Source: Alphaproteobacteria bacterium (GTDB taxonomy: Bacteria > Pseudomonadota > Alphaproteobacteria > JAJFIK01). From it: a stretch of DNA of 64,000 nucleotides. A program made the translations under genes and the position numbers. Shown here in pieces: positions 1 through 10,579 of this stretch (position 1 is the stretch's first letter; each line of letters begins with the position of its first letter). A model generated the notes under the pieces. It ran no database searches and was not told where the DNA came from. It worked only from the letters and a program-made list of their open reading frames with translations. Where the stretch lies: NCBI GenBank assembly GCA_028280665.1, contig JANQLJ010000014.1, forward strand, positions 9,380 to 73,379, in the 5' to 3' direction.

Positions 1-828
1 CTTTATGCGCGAACCGCAATGCTCGGGCTTTTTGTTTTGGCCGCCGGCGCGGCGGGCGAAGCGCGCGCGCAGGAAAGTGCGCTCACACCAGAAGACCGCT
101 GGGCCATTGAAGCCGCAACCGAGCTTCACCTCGCTTACGTGATCACGGGCGATGTGACCTCCGACGACATGGCCCGCGCCGGGCTGGAAGGGCTGACCCG
201 CACGCTTTTCGCGCGGACCACCGTGGAGCCCGCGGCACCCATGGGCGTTGATCTTGAAACCAGCGAGCTCGCCTTCTTCCCCTTGCTTTACTGGCGCGTG
301 TCGCCGCAGCAGCGCGCCCTCTCGCCCGAGGCGACGGACCGGCTGGCGAGCTACATGCGCAATGGCGGGACCCTTTTGATCGACACGGCCGACGCGGACA
401 CCGTCAGCCCCTTGGGCGCCCCGCGTGAGGGCACCCAGGCGCTGCGCCGCCTTGTGGCCGAACTGGATGTGCCCCCGCTTACACCGGTTCCCGAAGATCA
501 CGTGCTAACCCGCGCATTTTACTTGATTAGTTCGTTTCCCGGCCGCTACGCGGGCGGCGAGCTTTGGGTCGAAGCGCCGGGTGAAAACGGCCTTGGCTCG
601 GCGGACCGGGACGGGGTGAGCCCGATCCTGATTGGCGCCAACGATTATGCCGCCGCCTGGGCCACCGACGAGGCAGGCCGCCCGCTTGCCGCGGTCTCCC
701 CCGGCGGCGCGCGGCAGCGGGAGTTTGCGAACCGGTTCGGCGTCAACCTGGTCATGTACACCCTCACCGGAAACTACAAGTCCGACCAGGTGCACGTACC
801 TGCCTTGCTCGAAAGGTTGGGCCAATGA
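1..828 (+). CDS. C-terminal part of a DUF4159-like protein (BatA/MoxR-cluster associated); probably continues upstream of the window
   Basis: Open in-frame from nt 1 with no upstream stop. The stop overlaps the next gene's ATG (ATGA at 825-828). Composition and motifs (LLIDTADAD, GANDYAAAW, LVMYTLTGNY) recall DUF4159 proteins found next to double-TM BatA-like proteins in alphaproteobacteria. The family call is from memory, not a search. Confidence 0.4.
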   Translation, partial: LYARTAMLGLFVLAAGAAGEARAQESALTPEDRWAIEAATELHLAYVITGDVTSDDMARAGLEGLTRTLFARTTVEPAAPMGVDLETSELAFFPLLYWRVSPQQRALSPEATDRLASYMRNGGTLLIDTADADTVSPLGAPREGTQALRRLVAELDVPPLTPVPEDHVLTRAFYLISSFPGRYAGGELWVEAPGENGLGSADRDGVSPILIGANDYAAAWATDEAGRPLAAVSPGGARQREFANRFGVNLVMYTLTGNYKSDQVHVPALLERLGQ

Positions 829-2912
829 ACTGGACTTTGGTTACAGACCCCATGGTCCCCGTCGCCCTTCTCGCGGCGCTCGCCCTTGCCGGTGCGGCGA
901 TGGTCATCTTCGCCATCGCGCGCAAGGCGCGCGGGGGCTGGCTGCGCGCGGCCTGTCTTGCGGCACTTGTCGCGATGCTATTGAACCCCTCGCTGGTTCA
1001 AGAAGAACGCGACCCCATTCCCGACATTGCCGTGCTTGCGGTGGACCGCAGCCTGAGCCAGGACATCGGCACGCGCGCGGAAGTGACCGCCGAGGCCCAG
1101 CGGCGCATTGAAAACCGTCTCGAAGCCATGGCGGGGGTCGAGCTTCGGGTCATCGACATTGCCGGTGACCGCTCGGACGGCGGCGAGCGCGGCACCCGTG
1201 CCTTTGGGGACCTGTCCCGTGCGCTCAGCGACGTGCCCCCCGAACGGCTGGCGGCGGTCATGCTGCTTACTGATGGGCAGATCCACGACGTCCCCGACCG
1301 CATCGACCGTCTGGGCTTTGAAGCGCCCATTCATACGTTTCTGACGGGTGCACGCGACGAAGGCGACCGCATTCTGACGGTCTCGCAGGCGCCTGTGTTC
1401 GGCATCGTGGGCAATGAGGTGACGCTTTCCATCCGCGTGGACGATTACGGAACGGACGTGCGCCCGGGCACGCCGGTAAGAGTGACCGTGCGCATCGACG
1501 GGGAAGCCGCCATGCCCCAGATCGCCGGCATCGGTCAGGAGCGCCCGATTACCGTACCCATTACCCATGGCGGCGAGAACGTGGTCGAAATCGAAGTCGA
1601 GCCGGGCCCCGCCGAACTTACCCTCGCCAATAATCGCGCCGTAGTGACTCCGAACGGCGTGCGCGACCGCCTGCGCGTTTTGCTGGTTACGGGCGAGCCG
1701 CACCCCGGCGAGCGCACCTGGCGCGATTTGCTCAAGTCCGATCCTTCGGTGGACCTTGTGCATTTCACCATTTTGCGCCCTCCGGAAAAGCAGGACGGCA
1801 CGCCCATTGACGAGCTGTCGCTGATTGCGTTCCCGACGCGGGAACTGTTCTCCGAACGGCTTTACGAGTTCGATCTCATCATTTTCGACCGCTACCGCCG
1901 CCGCAGCGTGCTGCACCCCAGCTATCTGGCGAACATTGCGAACTATGTGGAACGCGGCGGGGCGCTTCTTACCGCGGCGGGGCCCTCTTTCGCCAACTAC
2001 CTCAGCCTTTACCGGACGCCGCTTGCGGGGGTTTTGCCCGCCCGGCCCACGGGCGATGTCACCGAAATCCCCTACCGCGCCGAGGTGACGCCCCGGGGGG
2101 CGCGGCACCCGGTAACCGCGGCCCTGCCCGGCGCCAACCAAGAAGAGGCCCCGCCCACTTGGGGCCGGTGGTTCCGCATCGTCAATGCGGAAACCGTCAG
2201 TGGGGAAACGGTTATGAGCGATGGCGCGGGCGATCCGCTTTTGGTGCTCGACCGCGTGGGCGAGGGCCGCGTTGCGCAGCTTTTGTCCGATCACGCCTGG
2301 CTCTGGACGCGGGGCTATGAAGGCGGCGGCCCGCAGGCGGAACTCTTGCGGCGGCTTGCCCATTGGCTGATGCGCGAGCCCGAACTCGACGAGGAGGTTC
2401 TTGCTGCGGAAGTTACGGGCGAGGAGATGCGCATCACCCGGCGCACCATGGCCGAAACCGCCGGACCCGTCAGAGTCACAAGCCCCGACGGCAACGAAGA
2501 AGTCGTTGAACTTGAGATGGTCGAGCCCGGCATTTTCACGGGGCTTGCCGCGGCGGGCGAGCTTGGGCTCTACAGGCTGAGTGACGGCACCATGACATCG
2601 GTGGCGGCCTCGGGCGTCTTGAACGCCCTTGAATACAGCGACGTGCGCGTTTCGGCGGAGCCCACCGAAGATATCGTCCGCGCCTCCGGCGGCGGCACGT
2701 TCTGGCTGGGCGACCCGACCAACATGGACCTGCCCACCTTGCGCCGGACCCGGGCGGGCCGCGCCGCCACGGGCCTTAACTGGGCGGGGCTTCAGCGCAA
2801 CGATCAGTACACGGTACGCGCGGTGCGCGAGGTGCCTGTCATCCCCGTGGCGCTGGCCCTTTTATTGATTGGCGGCGCGTTGCTGGGGGCCTGGTGGCGC
2901 GAAGGCCGATAG
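825..2912 (+). CDS. Large membrane-anchored protein with an N-terminal double-TM region and a C-terminal TM (BatA-like / TIGR02226-type)
   Basis: 695 aa. Two hydrophobic helices at the N-terminus (PMVPVALLAALALAGAAMVIFAIA, LRAACLAALVAMLL) and a terminal TM (VIPVALALLLIGGALLGAWW). Translationally coupled to the preceding gene. Confidence 0.45.
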   Translation: MNWTLVTDPMVPVALLAALALAGAAMVIFAIARKARGGWLRAACLAALVAMLLNPSLVQEERDPIPDIAVLAVDRSLSQDIGTRAEVTAEAQRRIENRLEAMAGVELRVIDIAGDRSDGGERGTRAFGDLSRALSDVPPERLAAVMLLTDGQIHDVPDRIDRLGFEAPIHTFLTGARDEGDRILTVSQAPVFGIVGNEVTLSIRVDDYGTDVRPGTPVRVTVRIDGEAAMPQIAGIGQERPITVPITHGGENVVEIEVEPGPAELTLANNRAVVTPNGVRDRLRVLLVTGEPHPGERTWRDLLKSDPSVDLVHFTILRPPEKQDGTPIDELSLIAFPTRELFSERLYEFDLIIFDRYRRRSVLHPSYLANIANYVERGGALLTAAGPSFANYLSLYRTPLAGVLPARPTGDVTEIPYRAEVTPRGARHPVTAALPGANQEEAPPTWGRWFRIVNAETVSGETVMSDGAGDPLLVLDRVGEGRVAQLLSDHAWLWTRGYEGGGPQAELLRRLAHWLMREPELDEEVLAAEVTGEEMRITRRTMAETAGPVRVTSPDGNEEVVELEMVEPGIFTGLAAAGELGLYRLSDGTMTSVAASGVLNALEYSDVRVSAEPTEDIVRASGGGTFWLGDPTNMDLPTLRRTRAGRAATGLNWAGLQRNDQYTVRAVREVPVIPVALALLLIGGALLGAWWREGR

Positions 2913-3407
2913 GTTCGAGAGCTCCGGCGCTGGCATAATCAGCCCCGATGCCCCACCACCGCCCGCATGAAGCTCACGGACAAGCAGCCGCTCCGCATCG
3001 ACCGGACCCGGCATTTGAAACCGCCCGGGTGCCGCGACACTGAACCCGGCCCGTCCGTAATAGGGCTCATCCCCCACAAGCACCACAAAAGCCGCGCCCG
3101 CTTCGCCCGCGCGCGCAAGACCCGCTTGGATGAGCGCAAGCCCCATACCGTTGCGCCGCCGGCGGGGCTGCACCGCGAGCGGGCCCAGCATAAGGCCCGG
3201 CGTCGCTCCTGCCCTTACCGGCCAAAACCGCACGGATCCTGCAAGCGCACCGTCTTCTTCGGCGATAAAGCAAAGCTCGGGGATGGGCGCATTCCCCTCG
3301 CGCAGCCGCGCCGCCGTGCGGGCATGACGTCCAGGGCCGAAAGCCGCCGCATAAAGACGTTCGATCGAGGGCACGTCGGAAAGACGCTCTTGGGTCAGGG
3401 TGAACAT
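2862..3407 (-). CDS. GNAT family N-acetyltransferase
   Basis: Start trimmed to the internal ATG (MFTLTQERL). The acetyl-CoA binding region looks like Q/RxxGxG/A: VQPRRRRNGMGLALI. About 182 aa. Its 3' end overlaps the convergent upstream gene by about 50 nt. Confidence 0.55.
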   Translation of the reverse strand: MFTLTQERLSDVPSIERLYAAAFGPGRHARTAARLREGNAPIPELCFIAEEDGALAGSVRFWPVRAGATPGLMLGPLAVQPRRRRNGMGLALIQAGLARAGEAGAAFVVLVGDEPYYGRAGFSVAAPGRFQMPGPVDAERLLVRELHAGGGGASGLIMPAPELSNLSAFAPPGPQQRAANQ

Positions 3408-3698
3408 GGGGTTGGCTCGCGCTAATGGGAATTGAGAGGTGCTCGCCAGGCCGCTTAACGGGCCCGCGGGCGGGCGTCCGGGGCTTCCGGATGCGGGCGC
3501 GGTCGTCGCAAGAGCGTCATCGAGCAGGTCATAACCGTCATAGCGCTTACAAAATATTATTCGGTCTGAATGCCGAATGAACGAAGTATATACTGCAAAC
3601 TTTGCGGCAGTGCAACAGGAAAGCGCTTGGAATCCAGCCGGGCCCTCGGTTACGGTCCCGCGGCAACCGGTTAACCAGATCAAGGGGAGAAGCCTTAG

Positions 3699-4616
3699 AT
3701 GGGTGTTCTTGAGGGAAAAGTCGTGCTCGCCACCGGCGCGGCCCGCGGTATCGGCAAGGAGTGCGCGCTGCTGGCCGCGCGGGAAGGCGCTAAAGTGGTG
3801 GTCAACGATCTGGGCGGCGGCGTTGCCGGCGGCGATGAAGGCTCAGGGAGCCCCGCGCAGGAGGTGGCCGACGAGATCAAAGCAGCGGGCGGCGAGGCGG
3901 TCGCCAATTCCGACAGCGTTGCGGAGATGCAGGGCGCCAAGGCCATGATCGAACAAGCGCTCGATACTTTCGGCGGGCTCCACGGCGTGATCAGCCCCGC
4001 GGGCATTTTGCGCGACGGCATGTTTCACAAGATGGAAGACGCCGACTGGGACGCCGTGATCAATGTGCATTTGAACGGCTCTTACAATGTGACGCGCGCC
4101 GCCGTGAATCACTTCCGTGAACAAGAGCAAGGCTCGTTCGTCCTCTTTACCTCGACCTCGGGCCTCATTGGCAATGTGGGCCAAGCGAACTACGCCGCCG
4201 CCAAAATGGGCATCGTGGGGCTAAGCCGCATCATTGCCATGGAAGGCGAGCGCAAGAACGTGCGCTCGAACGTGATTGCGCCATTTGCCTGGACCCGCAT
4301 GATCGCCACCATTCCGGTCAAAGACGAAGAAAGCGCCAAGCGTGTCGAACGCATGAAAAACCTGTTGCGCGCCGATCAGGTGGCCCAACTTGCGGTCGCT
4401 CTTTGTGCGGATGATGCAAAAGATACAACCGGTCAAATCTTCGCCGTGCGCGGTAACGAAATTTTCCTTTTCAATCAGCCCCGGCCCATCCGCGCCCTGG
4501 GCAAAGTCGAGGGCTGGGATCCCACATCGGTCCTCGCCCACGCCCTTCCCGCTTTCAAACCGTCTTACGAAGACGTGGGCAATACGGGCTCGGTCTTTTC
4601 GTGGGAGCCCATCTGA
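3699..4616 (+). CDS. SDR family NAD(P)-dependent oxidoreductase
   Basis: N-terminal Rossmann motif TGAARGIGKE, catalytic YxxxK (YAAAKMG), NVHLNG-type segment. SD-like aaggggag upstream of the ATG. Confidence 0.8.
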   Translation: MGVLEGKVVLATGAARGIGKECALLAAREGAKVVVNDLGGGVAGGDEGSGSPAQEVADEIKAAGGEAVANSDSVAEMQGAKAMIEQALDTFGGLHGVISPAGILRDGMFHKMEDADWDAVINVHLNGSYNVTRAAVNHFREQEQGSFVLFTSTSGLIGNVGQANYAAAKMGIVGLSRIIAMEGERKNVRSNVIAPFAWTRMIATIPVKDEESAKRVERMKNLLRADQVAQLAVALCADDAKDTTGQIFAVRGNEIFLFNQPRPIRALGKVEGWDPTSVLAHALPAFKPSYEDVGNTGSVFSWEPI

Positions 4617-4623
4617 CGCGGGC

Positions 4624-5109
4624 TCACCAGCGCTCAGTGAAAGGTCCGGTGCCCCCGAGTTCCGCAAGGCGGCGGCGCGTCGCCGCGGTCGTATCCTCAG
4701 GCACGTCGCGGGGGTGAAAGAACGCGGCCTTGGCAATCTCCCAGTTGGTTACGATCTCGCCTTCGAATGTGGTGGCACGGAAAAGCGCGATGTGGTCGGA
4801 CTTGCCTTGGTGAGGCGCAAAATAGATGCCGACCATGGGCAGCTCGCCTGTCAGAGTGAGACCCAGCTCTTCCCGGATTTCCCGGCGCACCGCATCGCTG
4901 AGACGTTCGTCGCGGCCGACCCCGCCCCCCGGCAAGTGCCAGCCGTCGGTATAGCTATGCTTAACGAGTAGTACACGGCCCGCCTGGTCATAGATCGCCG
5001 CCTTGACCCCAAGCGTCACGGGGCGCCGGAGTTTGGTCCAGCGCGCATGCGCCAGGTGCAGCAGTCTCATTACGGCACGGTTTTTCGTGAAAGCCATTAA
5101 CCAGCCCAC
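4624..5109 (-). CDS. NUDIX hydrolase
   Basis: Nudix box GGGVGRDERLSDAVRREIREELGL (Gx5Ex7REUxEExGU). Confidence 0.75.
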   Translation of the reverse strand: MGWLMAFTKNRAVMRLLHLAHARWTKLRRPVTLGVKAAIYDQAGRVLLVKHSYTDGWHLPGGGVGRDERLSDAVRREIREELGLTLTGELPMVGIYFAPHQGKSDHIALFRATTFEGEIVTNWEIAKAAFFHPRDVPEDTTAATRRRLAELGGTGPFTERW

Positions 5110-5174
5110 TTAACGGAAAGTTCGAGGGCCCAATCTAAAGTGGTGACCAAACAATCGAAAGGGGCGCCGTTTCA

Positions 5175-5939
5175 ATGCGTATCTGGGCCGGAAACAAAGT
5201 GCTGGGCTTTTCCAAATCAAACAATCGCAAGCAGCAAGACGAGTGCGCCCGGCGCAAGAGCGACACCGATAGCGAAAGCGTCGAAGCAGAGGTGCTGAAA
5301 GCCCTAAGCGTCATGGCGCGGCGGTCCTCGCCGCATCGGGCGACCTCCCGCGCCAGCATGGCCCGGGCCATCGGCGTGATCGAAGGCTCCATGCTGGGTC
5401 TTCGCCATATCGAAGAGCTGGTCGAGGAGTGCTTCGCCCTTTGCCGCTCGGGGCTTGATGAAAAGAAGGCGGAAAATCGCTCGCGGCTTGCGGAGCGCTA
5501 CGCCGTGATCATCGACGAGCTGGACGCCATCGCCAATGGAACCGGCCATGGCAGCGTTCACCTGATCGGCGAAACCAGCAGTATCTTAGAGGTGGAATTG
5601 GGGGAACCCCGTTCCTACAAACTCAAGCTGCCGCACATCAATTTGACTGCCGGCCCTTCGGGCCTCGCCCTGCCCCAGCCCTCGCAAGCGTTCGAAAGCA
5701 CGGGCTCGCTCAAGCATTTCGAGCGCCACCTCAAGCTCGTCAAGGACCGTCTCACCCGCTCCGCGGAGATCTTTCAGGACCACGCCTCCGATCTCGCTAA
5801 GCGGCTGGCGCTTCTGCTGGAGGGCTCGTTTGCTGAAAGCCACGAGCTCGACAAAGGCCGGATCGAGCCCGCGCGCCGGCCGGGGCTCCAGGACTCAAGG
5901 CCCCAGGAACTGGACACCTCAGTCTCCACCCTCGCGTAA
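5175..5939 (+). CDS. Hypothetical protein (unknown function; start uncertain)
   Basis: 254-aa ORF with balanced composition and predicted coiled-coil/helical character. No recognisable motif. Confidence 0.3.
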   Translation: MRIWAGNKVLGFSKSNNRKQQDECARRKSDTDSESVEAEVLKALSVMARRSSPHRATSRASMARAIGVIEGSMLGLRHIEELVEECFALCRSGLDEKKAENRSRLAERYAVIIDELDAIANGTGHGSVHLIGETSSILEVELGEPRSYKLKLPHINLTAGPSGLALPQPSQAFESTGSLKHFERHLKLVKDRLTRSAEIFQDHASDLAKRLALLLEGSFAESHELDKGRIEPARRPGLQDSRPQELDTSVSTLA

Positions 5940-6042
5940 TTTTCTTTCAATCTCGCAGCCCGATTTGCATGTCCGGGACGAATTTGAGACTATGTTGACG
6001 CCTGCGTCATGATTGATGGCGGAGGCCAGAGGAGGGTTCCAC

Positions 6043-7170
6043 ATGGCAATACGCAGCGATGGCAACATAACGGTCGATACCGCTTACGAGGCCGCCGATC
6101 CGGAAGACTTTGCGTGCATGATCGAGGTGGACCGGTATGCCAAACGGTCCAGCGCCTTCGACAAGATCATTACCGCGACCCACGACCATTTCTGGGATCC
6201 GCTCGATAAGAAGTATATCGACTTCTCCCTCCCCTTCGATCTCGAGAACGAGTACCTGGTCGATCCCGACCAAGACCCGGACCTTGCCACCGCGGTGAAC
6301 GACAAGCTGGACGAGAAGAACAAGATCAAGCTCGTCAACCTCAACACCTGGTGGGGGCTTTCTTCCATTTTGCACGGCGAGCAAGGCGCACTGTCGCTTT
6401 CCGCATCGCTTGTTCACATTTTGAAGGATCAAGGCGCGCAGGAATATGCCGCCAACCAAACCCGTGAAGAAGCCCGCCATGTCACCGGCTACGCCAAATA
6501 TGTGGAAGCGCGCTGGGGCAAGCCCATCGTGTGCGGCCCCGCCCTTAAGAACCTGCTCGAAGAACTGGTCGCATCGAAGCTCGTTTGGAAAAAACTTGTA
6601 GGTATGCAGCTCATGATCGAAGGCCTTGCCATGGGCGCTTTTGCCATGAACTACAATTACGGGCGCGACCCGGTGCTCGTGAAGCTGAGCCAACTGATCA
6701 TGACCGACGAGGCCTTCCATCACAAGTTCGGAAAGATTTGGGCGGACCGCACCATCCCGAACCTGCCGGACGAGGAACGCGACAAAATCGAGGATTGGGC
6801 GTGGCAGGTCTTCGAGGTGCTGTTGTTCAACCTCGCAAGTCCCGAGCAAAAGAAAGACGTTTATGCCCAGGTGGGGCTCGATTGGCAGTGGGTGCAAGAG
6901 GCCTTCATGGAAGCCATGACCGATGCCAACATCCGCGAGCGTCTGCAGGACCGGAACAATATCTTTCGGGTCTTGATCAAAACACTCATCAAGGGCGGGA
7001 TCATTACCGACCGGACAAAGGCGAATTATGCCGCCTTTATCGACATGCAGGAACTTTATGGCGAAAGCGACCGCATGGTGGGCGATGACATTGCCGAAGA
7101 GGGCATTAAGTATCTCATGGGCCTTAATCGCACCGAAAATCCCATGCTGCCGGGGCAAGCCGCGGAGTAA
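6043..7170 (+). CDS. Ferritin-like diiron-carboxylate protein (AurF-like diiron oxygenase family candidate)
   Basis: Two ExxH-type motifs (REEARH and TDEAFHH) about 90 aa apart, plus additional conserved Glu (LMIEGLAMG). Start set at MAIRSDG, which has a gaggagg SD 8 nt upstream. Protein-like composition, unlike the fully overlapping antisense ORF. Confidence 0.5.
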   Translation: MAIRSDGNITVDTAYEAADPEDFACMIEVDRYAKRSSAFDKIITATHDHFWDPLDKKYIDFSLPFDLENEYLVDPDQDPDLATAVNDKLDEKNKIKLVNLNTWWGLSSILHGEQGALSLSASLVHILKDQGAQEYAANQTREEARHVTGYAKYVEARWGKPIVCGPALKNLLEELVASKLVWKKLVGMQLMIEGLAMGAFAMNYNYGRDPVLVKLSQLIMTDEAFHHKFGKIWADRTIPNLPDEERDKIEDWAWQVFEVLLFNLASPEQKKDVYAQVGLDWQWVQEAFMEAMTDANIRERLQDRNNIFRVLIKTLIKGGIITDRTKANYAAFIDMQELYGESDRMVGDDIAEEGIKYLMGLNRTENPMLPGQAAE

Positions 7171-7323
7171 GCAACCATTCGTCCGCCGGTTTTCATCAAG
7201 TCCGCGTGACCTAACCAAGTTGTAATGAACACGCGCCGCCTGCTTCCCTTATGATGGGGCTGTTCGGCGGAATTGCGAGTTTGGGGGTCGCAGCTTTGCA
7301 ATAAAGCTGAAGGGGCAATCAAC

Positions 7324-7995
7324 ATGAATACCTTATTCTCTCACCATTCAACCGGCCGCGCCGGTTTCTGGGCCCGCTTGTGTGGCGCGCTGGCCCTGCT
7401 GATCCTGCCGTTCAATGCGGCGGCAATGGATACGCTGGACCGGGCGGAGCTTTCCGGTTTGGAACGGGTCGACGACAGCCGCTACATGGAATTTTATCAA
7501 CACCCAGACATGGGCGGCTTCGAGTTCAAGAGCATCTATATTGAGTCTGCTCAAAACGATATGCCGTTACGGCTGATCTATGAGCAAAGGCTTCGTCCTG
7601 AGTATTTCGATAACCTGGCCGCCGATTTTCATGCACGTCTCTTAACGGCATTTGGTGCAACAGGCCTTTTGACGGACGAGCCCGATGAAGGCTCGCTGGT
7701 CATTTCGCCCTCGCTTGTTTACGCAACCGAATATGACGAACGGACCACCGGAACGCATCTAGGCGGCGTGCGCAGCCAAGACCGGATTCGCGGGCACACG
7801 ATTATGGAAATGACGTGGCGCGCGGGCCCGGACGGGATCATTGTTGCCGCCATAAGGGATGGACGCACGCCTCACATCTATGCGCCAGTCACCGACCGCG
7901 AGGACCGCTTCACCGACGCCCGCGACAGCTTCGATTATTGGGCTCTTGAGTTTTCCTCGTTCTTCTCGCCCGCATCAGCGGTTGAGATGAACTGA
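7324..7995 (+). CDS. Secreted hypothetical protein (signal peptide)
   Basis: Start at MNTLFSHH. N-terminal signal peptide ending near AAAMDTL. No recognisable catalytic motif. Confidence 0.45.
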   Translation: MNTLFSHHSTGRAGFWARLCGALALLILPFNAAAMDTLDRAELSGLERVDDSRYMEFYQHPDMGGFEFKSIYIESAQNDMPLRLIYEQRLRPEYFDNLAADFHARLLTAFGATGLLTDEPDEGSLVISPSLVYATEYDERTTGTHLGGVRSQDRIRGHTIMEMTWRAGPDGIIVAAIRDGRTPHIYAPVTDREDRFTDARDSFDYWALEFSSFFSPASAVEMN

Positions 7996-8002
7996 AGGCT
8001 TA

Positions 8003-8638
8003 TTAGGGAATGCCGATCAGCTTGTGGGTTTGCAGGCTGAGCCGCCATTGCGGATGTTCCTTGCAATAGGCGATCGCCGCAACGGTGTTTTCCGCACGGT
8101 CCGGCCCATCCATGGGCTGCAGAAAAAAGTGCGCAAAGTCGAGATGGGCAAAGTCTTTGGGCTTTGCCCGTTCTTGCGGATAGACGAGTTTCAGCTCGTT
8201 GCCTTGCACCTGCACGACTTTCGTATCGGCCTTGGGGCTTACGGTGATCCAGTCGATGCTTTCAGGCGCCAGCAATGTGCCGTTGGTTTCCACCGCGACC
8301 CTGAAGCCTTGGCGGTGAAACGCCCGCACCAGCTCACCATCAAGCTGCAAGAGCGGCTCGCCGCCTGTGCAAACCACCAACGGCGCGCCGCCCGCACCAT
8401 TGGGCCATGTTGCGGCTACCGCATCGGCAAGCGCCTCAGCGCTCTTGAACTTGCCGCCACCAGGGCCGTCCGTCCCCACAAAGTCCGTATCGCAAAACTG
8501 GCAGAACGCTTTGGCGCGGTCGTATTCGAGGCCGGACCAGAGATTGCAACCCGCAAAGCGGCAGAAGACGGCGGGCCGTCCGGTCTGCGCGCCTTCGCCT
8601 TGAAGGGTGTAGTAGATCTCTTTGACGGAATAAGTCAT
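8003..8638 (-). CDS. queE: 7-carboxy-7-deazaguanine synthase (radical SAM) QueE
   Basis: [36 protein letters not shown] shows the QueE-type CxxxCxxC-variant cluster. Start trimmed to MTYSV. ATGA overlap with queC. Confidence 0.85.
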   Translation of the reverse strand: MTYSVKEIYYTLQGEGAQTGRPAVFCRFAGCNLWSGLEYDRAKAFCQFCDTDFVGTDGPGGGKFKSAEALADAVAATWPNGAGGAPLVVCTGGEPLLQLDGELVRAFHRQGFRVAVETNGTLLAPESIDWITVSPKADTKVVQVQGNELKLVYPQERAKPKDFAHLDFAHFFLQPMDGPDRAENTVAAIAYCKEHPQWRLSLQTHKLIGIP

Positions 8639-9360
8639 CCGTCTACGGATTCTTTTGCGGACTGGTACGCGGCAAACCCCTTGGCCCGCAGATCGCAAGC
8701 AGGGCACGCGCCGCAGCCATAGCCCCAATCATGACGGTGCCCGCGGTCGCCCTCGTAGCAGGTATGCGTTTCCTCGATAATCGCTGCCACAAGCGCCGCG
8801 CCGCCAAGCCGTTCGGCTAGTATCCAGCTCGCCGCCTTGTCGATCCACATAAGCGGCGTTTCCAGTATCAAGTCGGCTTCCATGCCGAGATTGAGAACCT
8901 TCTCCATCGCCTCGACGGTTTCATCGCGGCAGTCGGGATAGCCGGAATAATCCGTCTCGCACACGCCGGACACAATATGCCGGATGCCCCGGCGGTAGGC
9001 GTAAGCGCCGGCAAGCGTAAAGAACAAGAGATTGCGCCCCGGCACGAAAGTGGTGGGAAGGCCGTTTTCCCCCATGGTGATTTCCACGTCCCCCGTAAGC
9101 GCGGTCTCGCTGATCTCACCAAGGACGCCCGCGTCGATCACCACATCATTGCCGAGCCGGGCCTGCCAGCCGGGAACGGCGGCGGCGACGGCTTCACGGG
9201 CGCGGGGGCGGATTTCCATTTCCACGTGGTGACGCTGGCCATAGGCAAACCCCACCGTTTCCACGTGCTCGAAACGGTCAAGCGCCCAAGCAAGGCAGGT
9301 GGCCGAATCCTGCCCGCCGGAAAAGAGCACCAAGGCTTTTCGGTCGTCCGTTACCATCAT
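8635..9360 (-). CDS. queC: 7-cyano-7-deazaguanine synthase QueC
   Basis: PP-loop [14 protein letters not shown] and C-terminal zinc-binding [10 protein letters not shown]. Typical QueC length. Confidence 0.9.
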   Translation of the reverse strand: MMVTDDRKALVLFSGGQDSATCLAWALDRFEHVETVGFAYGQRHHVEMEIRPRAREAVAAAVPGWQARLGNDVVIDAGVLGEISETALTGDVEITMGENGLPTTFVPGRNLLFFTLAGAYAYRRGIRHIVSGVCETDYSGYPDCRDETVEAMEKVLNLGMEADLILETPLMWIDKAASWILAERLGGAALVAAIIEETHTCYEGDRGHRHDWGYGCGACPACDLRAKGFAAYQSAKESVDG

Positions 9361-9429
9361 GACCCATGATATAGCATTTCAGGCGGGCGCGTTTTAGGGC
9401 GCGTGCTCACCCCCGCCAAGGAGGCAATG

Positions 9430-9762
9430 ATGAGCGACATCCGGCTTATCTACATTACCTGCGAATCCCGGGAGCAGGCGCTCGAGCTGGGCAGGCTTTT
9501 AGTCGAGGAGCGCCTTGCTGCCTGCGCGAACGTGCTGGGGCCCATGACGTCGATCTACCGCTGGGAAGGCACCATCGAGACCACCGACGAGGCTGTCCTT
9601 ATCGCCAAAACCACGACCGAGAACGTTGCGGCCCTCACCGGCCACATAAAGGCCACTCATTCCTATTCGGTACCCTGCGTGCTTTCGATTCCCATTCAGG
9701 CCGAGGAAGGCAATGCCGATTATCTTACCTGGCTCAAAGAGAAAGCCTCGCCGTCGGATTAA
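9430..9762 (+). CDS. cutA: Divalent-cation tolerance protein CutA
   Basis: [41 protein letters not shown] matches the CutA1 family signature. Start chosen 6 nt after the aaggagg SD. Confidence 0.8.
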   Translation: MSDIRLIYITCESREQALELGRLLVEERLAACANVLGPMTSIYRWEGTIETTDEAVLIAKTTTENVAALTGHIKATHSYSVPCVLSIPIQAEEGNADYLTWLKEKASPSD

Positions 9763-10535
9763 TTGTCGTTCTGCGAGCCGCCGCCGATGAGCTTGGGCAG
9801 CAAATCACCAATTCCCTCAAGCGGGAACGGGAAGACGATAGTGTTGGTCTTGTCGCTGGCGATCTCCTGAAGCGCACCCAGATAACGAAGTTGCATGGCG
9901 CCCTTTTCCGTCGCAAGCGTATTCGCGGCTTCCGCCAGTTTGGCCGCGGCCTGGAATTCCCCATCTGCCGAGATCACCTTGGCGCGCCGTTCCCGTTCGG
10001 CCTCGGCCTGTTTGGCGATAGCGCGGATCATGGAGGGGTCGAGGTCCACGTGCTTGATTTCGACATTCGAGACCTTGATGCCCCAGGCGTCGGTTTGCTG
10101 GTCGATGATCTCTTGCACGTCGTGGTTCAGCTTGTCGCGCTCCATGAGCATTTCGTCGAGGTCGTGCTTGCCGAGTACTGAGCGCAAGGTGGTTTGCGCA
10201 AGCTGGCTCGTCGCCATCATGAAGTCTTCCACCTTGTTGATGGCGTTGTTGGCGTCGACCACGCGGTAATAGATCACAGCGTTCACCTTAACCGAGACGT
10301 TGTCCTTGGAAATCACGTCCTGGGGCGGCACGTCATGCACGATGGTCCGCATGTCCACGCGCACCATCTGCTGGATGACCGGGATCAGGATGATCAGGCC
10401 CGGGCCCGACGTCGAGGTGTAGCGGCCAAGCGTATAGATCACTCCACGTTCATACTCACGCAGGATCTTGAAGATCTGAAACAAAATGCTGACTGCAAAC
10501 ACAAGAAAGATTGCAACGGAGATAAGTGTGCTCAT
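9759..10535 (-). CDS. SPFH/band-7 (stomatin-like) membrane protein
   Basis: N-terminal TM, then an SPFH core ([16 protein letters not shown]…[19 protein letters not shown]). Sits downstream of nfeD in the same orientation, the classic pairing. Confidence 0.85.
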   Translation of the reverse strand: MSTLISVAIFLVFAVSILFQIFKILREYERGVIYTLGRYTSTSGPGLIILIPVIQQMVRVDMRTIVHDVPPQDVISKDNVSVKVNAVIYYRVVDANNAINKVEDFMMATSQLAQTTLRSVLGKHDLDEMLMERDKLNHDVQEIIDQQTDAWGIKVSNVEIKHVDLDPSMIRAIAKQAEAERERRAKVISADGEFQAAAKLAEAANTLATEKGAMQLRYLGALQEIASDKTNTIVFPFPLEGIGDLLPKLIGGGSQNDN

Positions 10536-10579
10536 GACGTGCTCCTAACTAGTAAGACCGGGGGTTGGGCAGGCTTTGA

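Noticed and set aside
978-2363. 461-aa minus-strand ORF antisense to the BatA-like membrane protein
   Set aside because: Composition dominated by R/A/G/P, no start context. The sense frame has coherent TM and domain structure.
6007-7218. 403-aa minus-strand ORF fully overlapping the ferritin-like gene
   Set aside because: Arg/Gly/His/Val-rich low-complexity translation typical of antisense frames in GC-rich DNA. The plus-strand frame carries the ExxH motifs and a proper SD.
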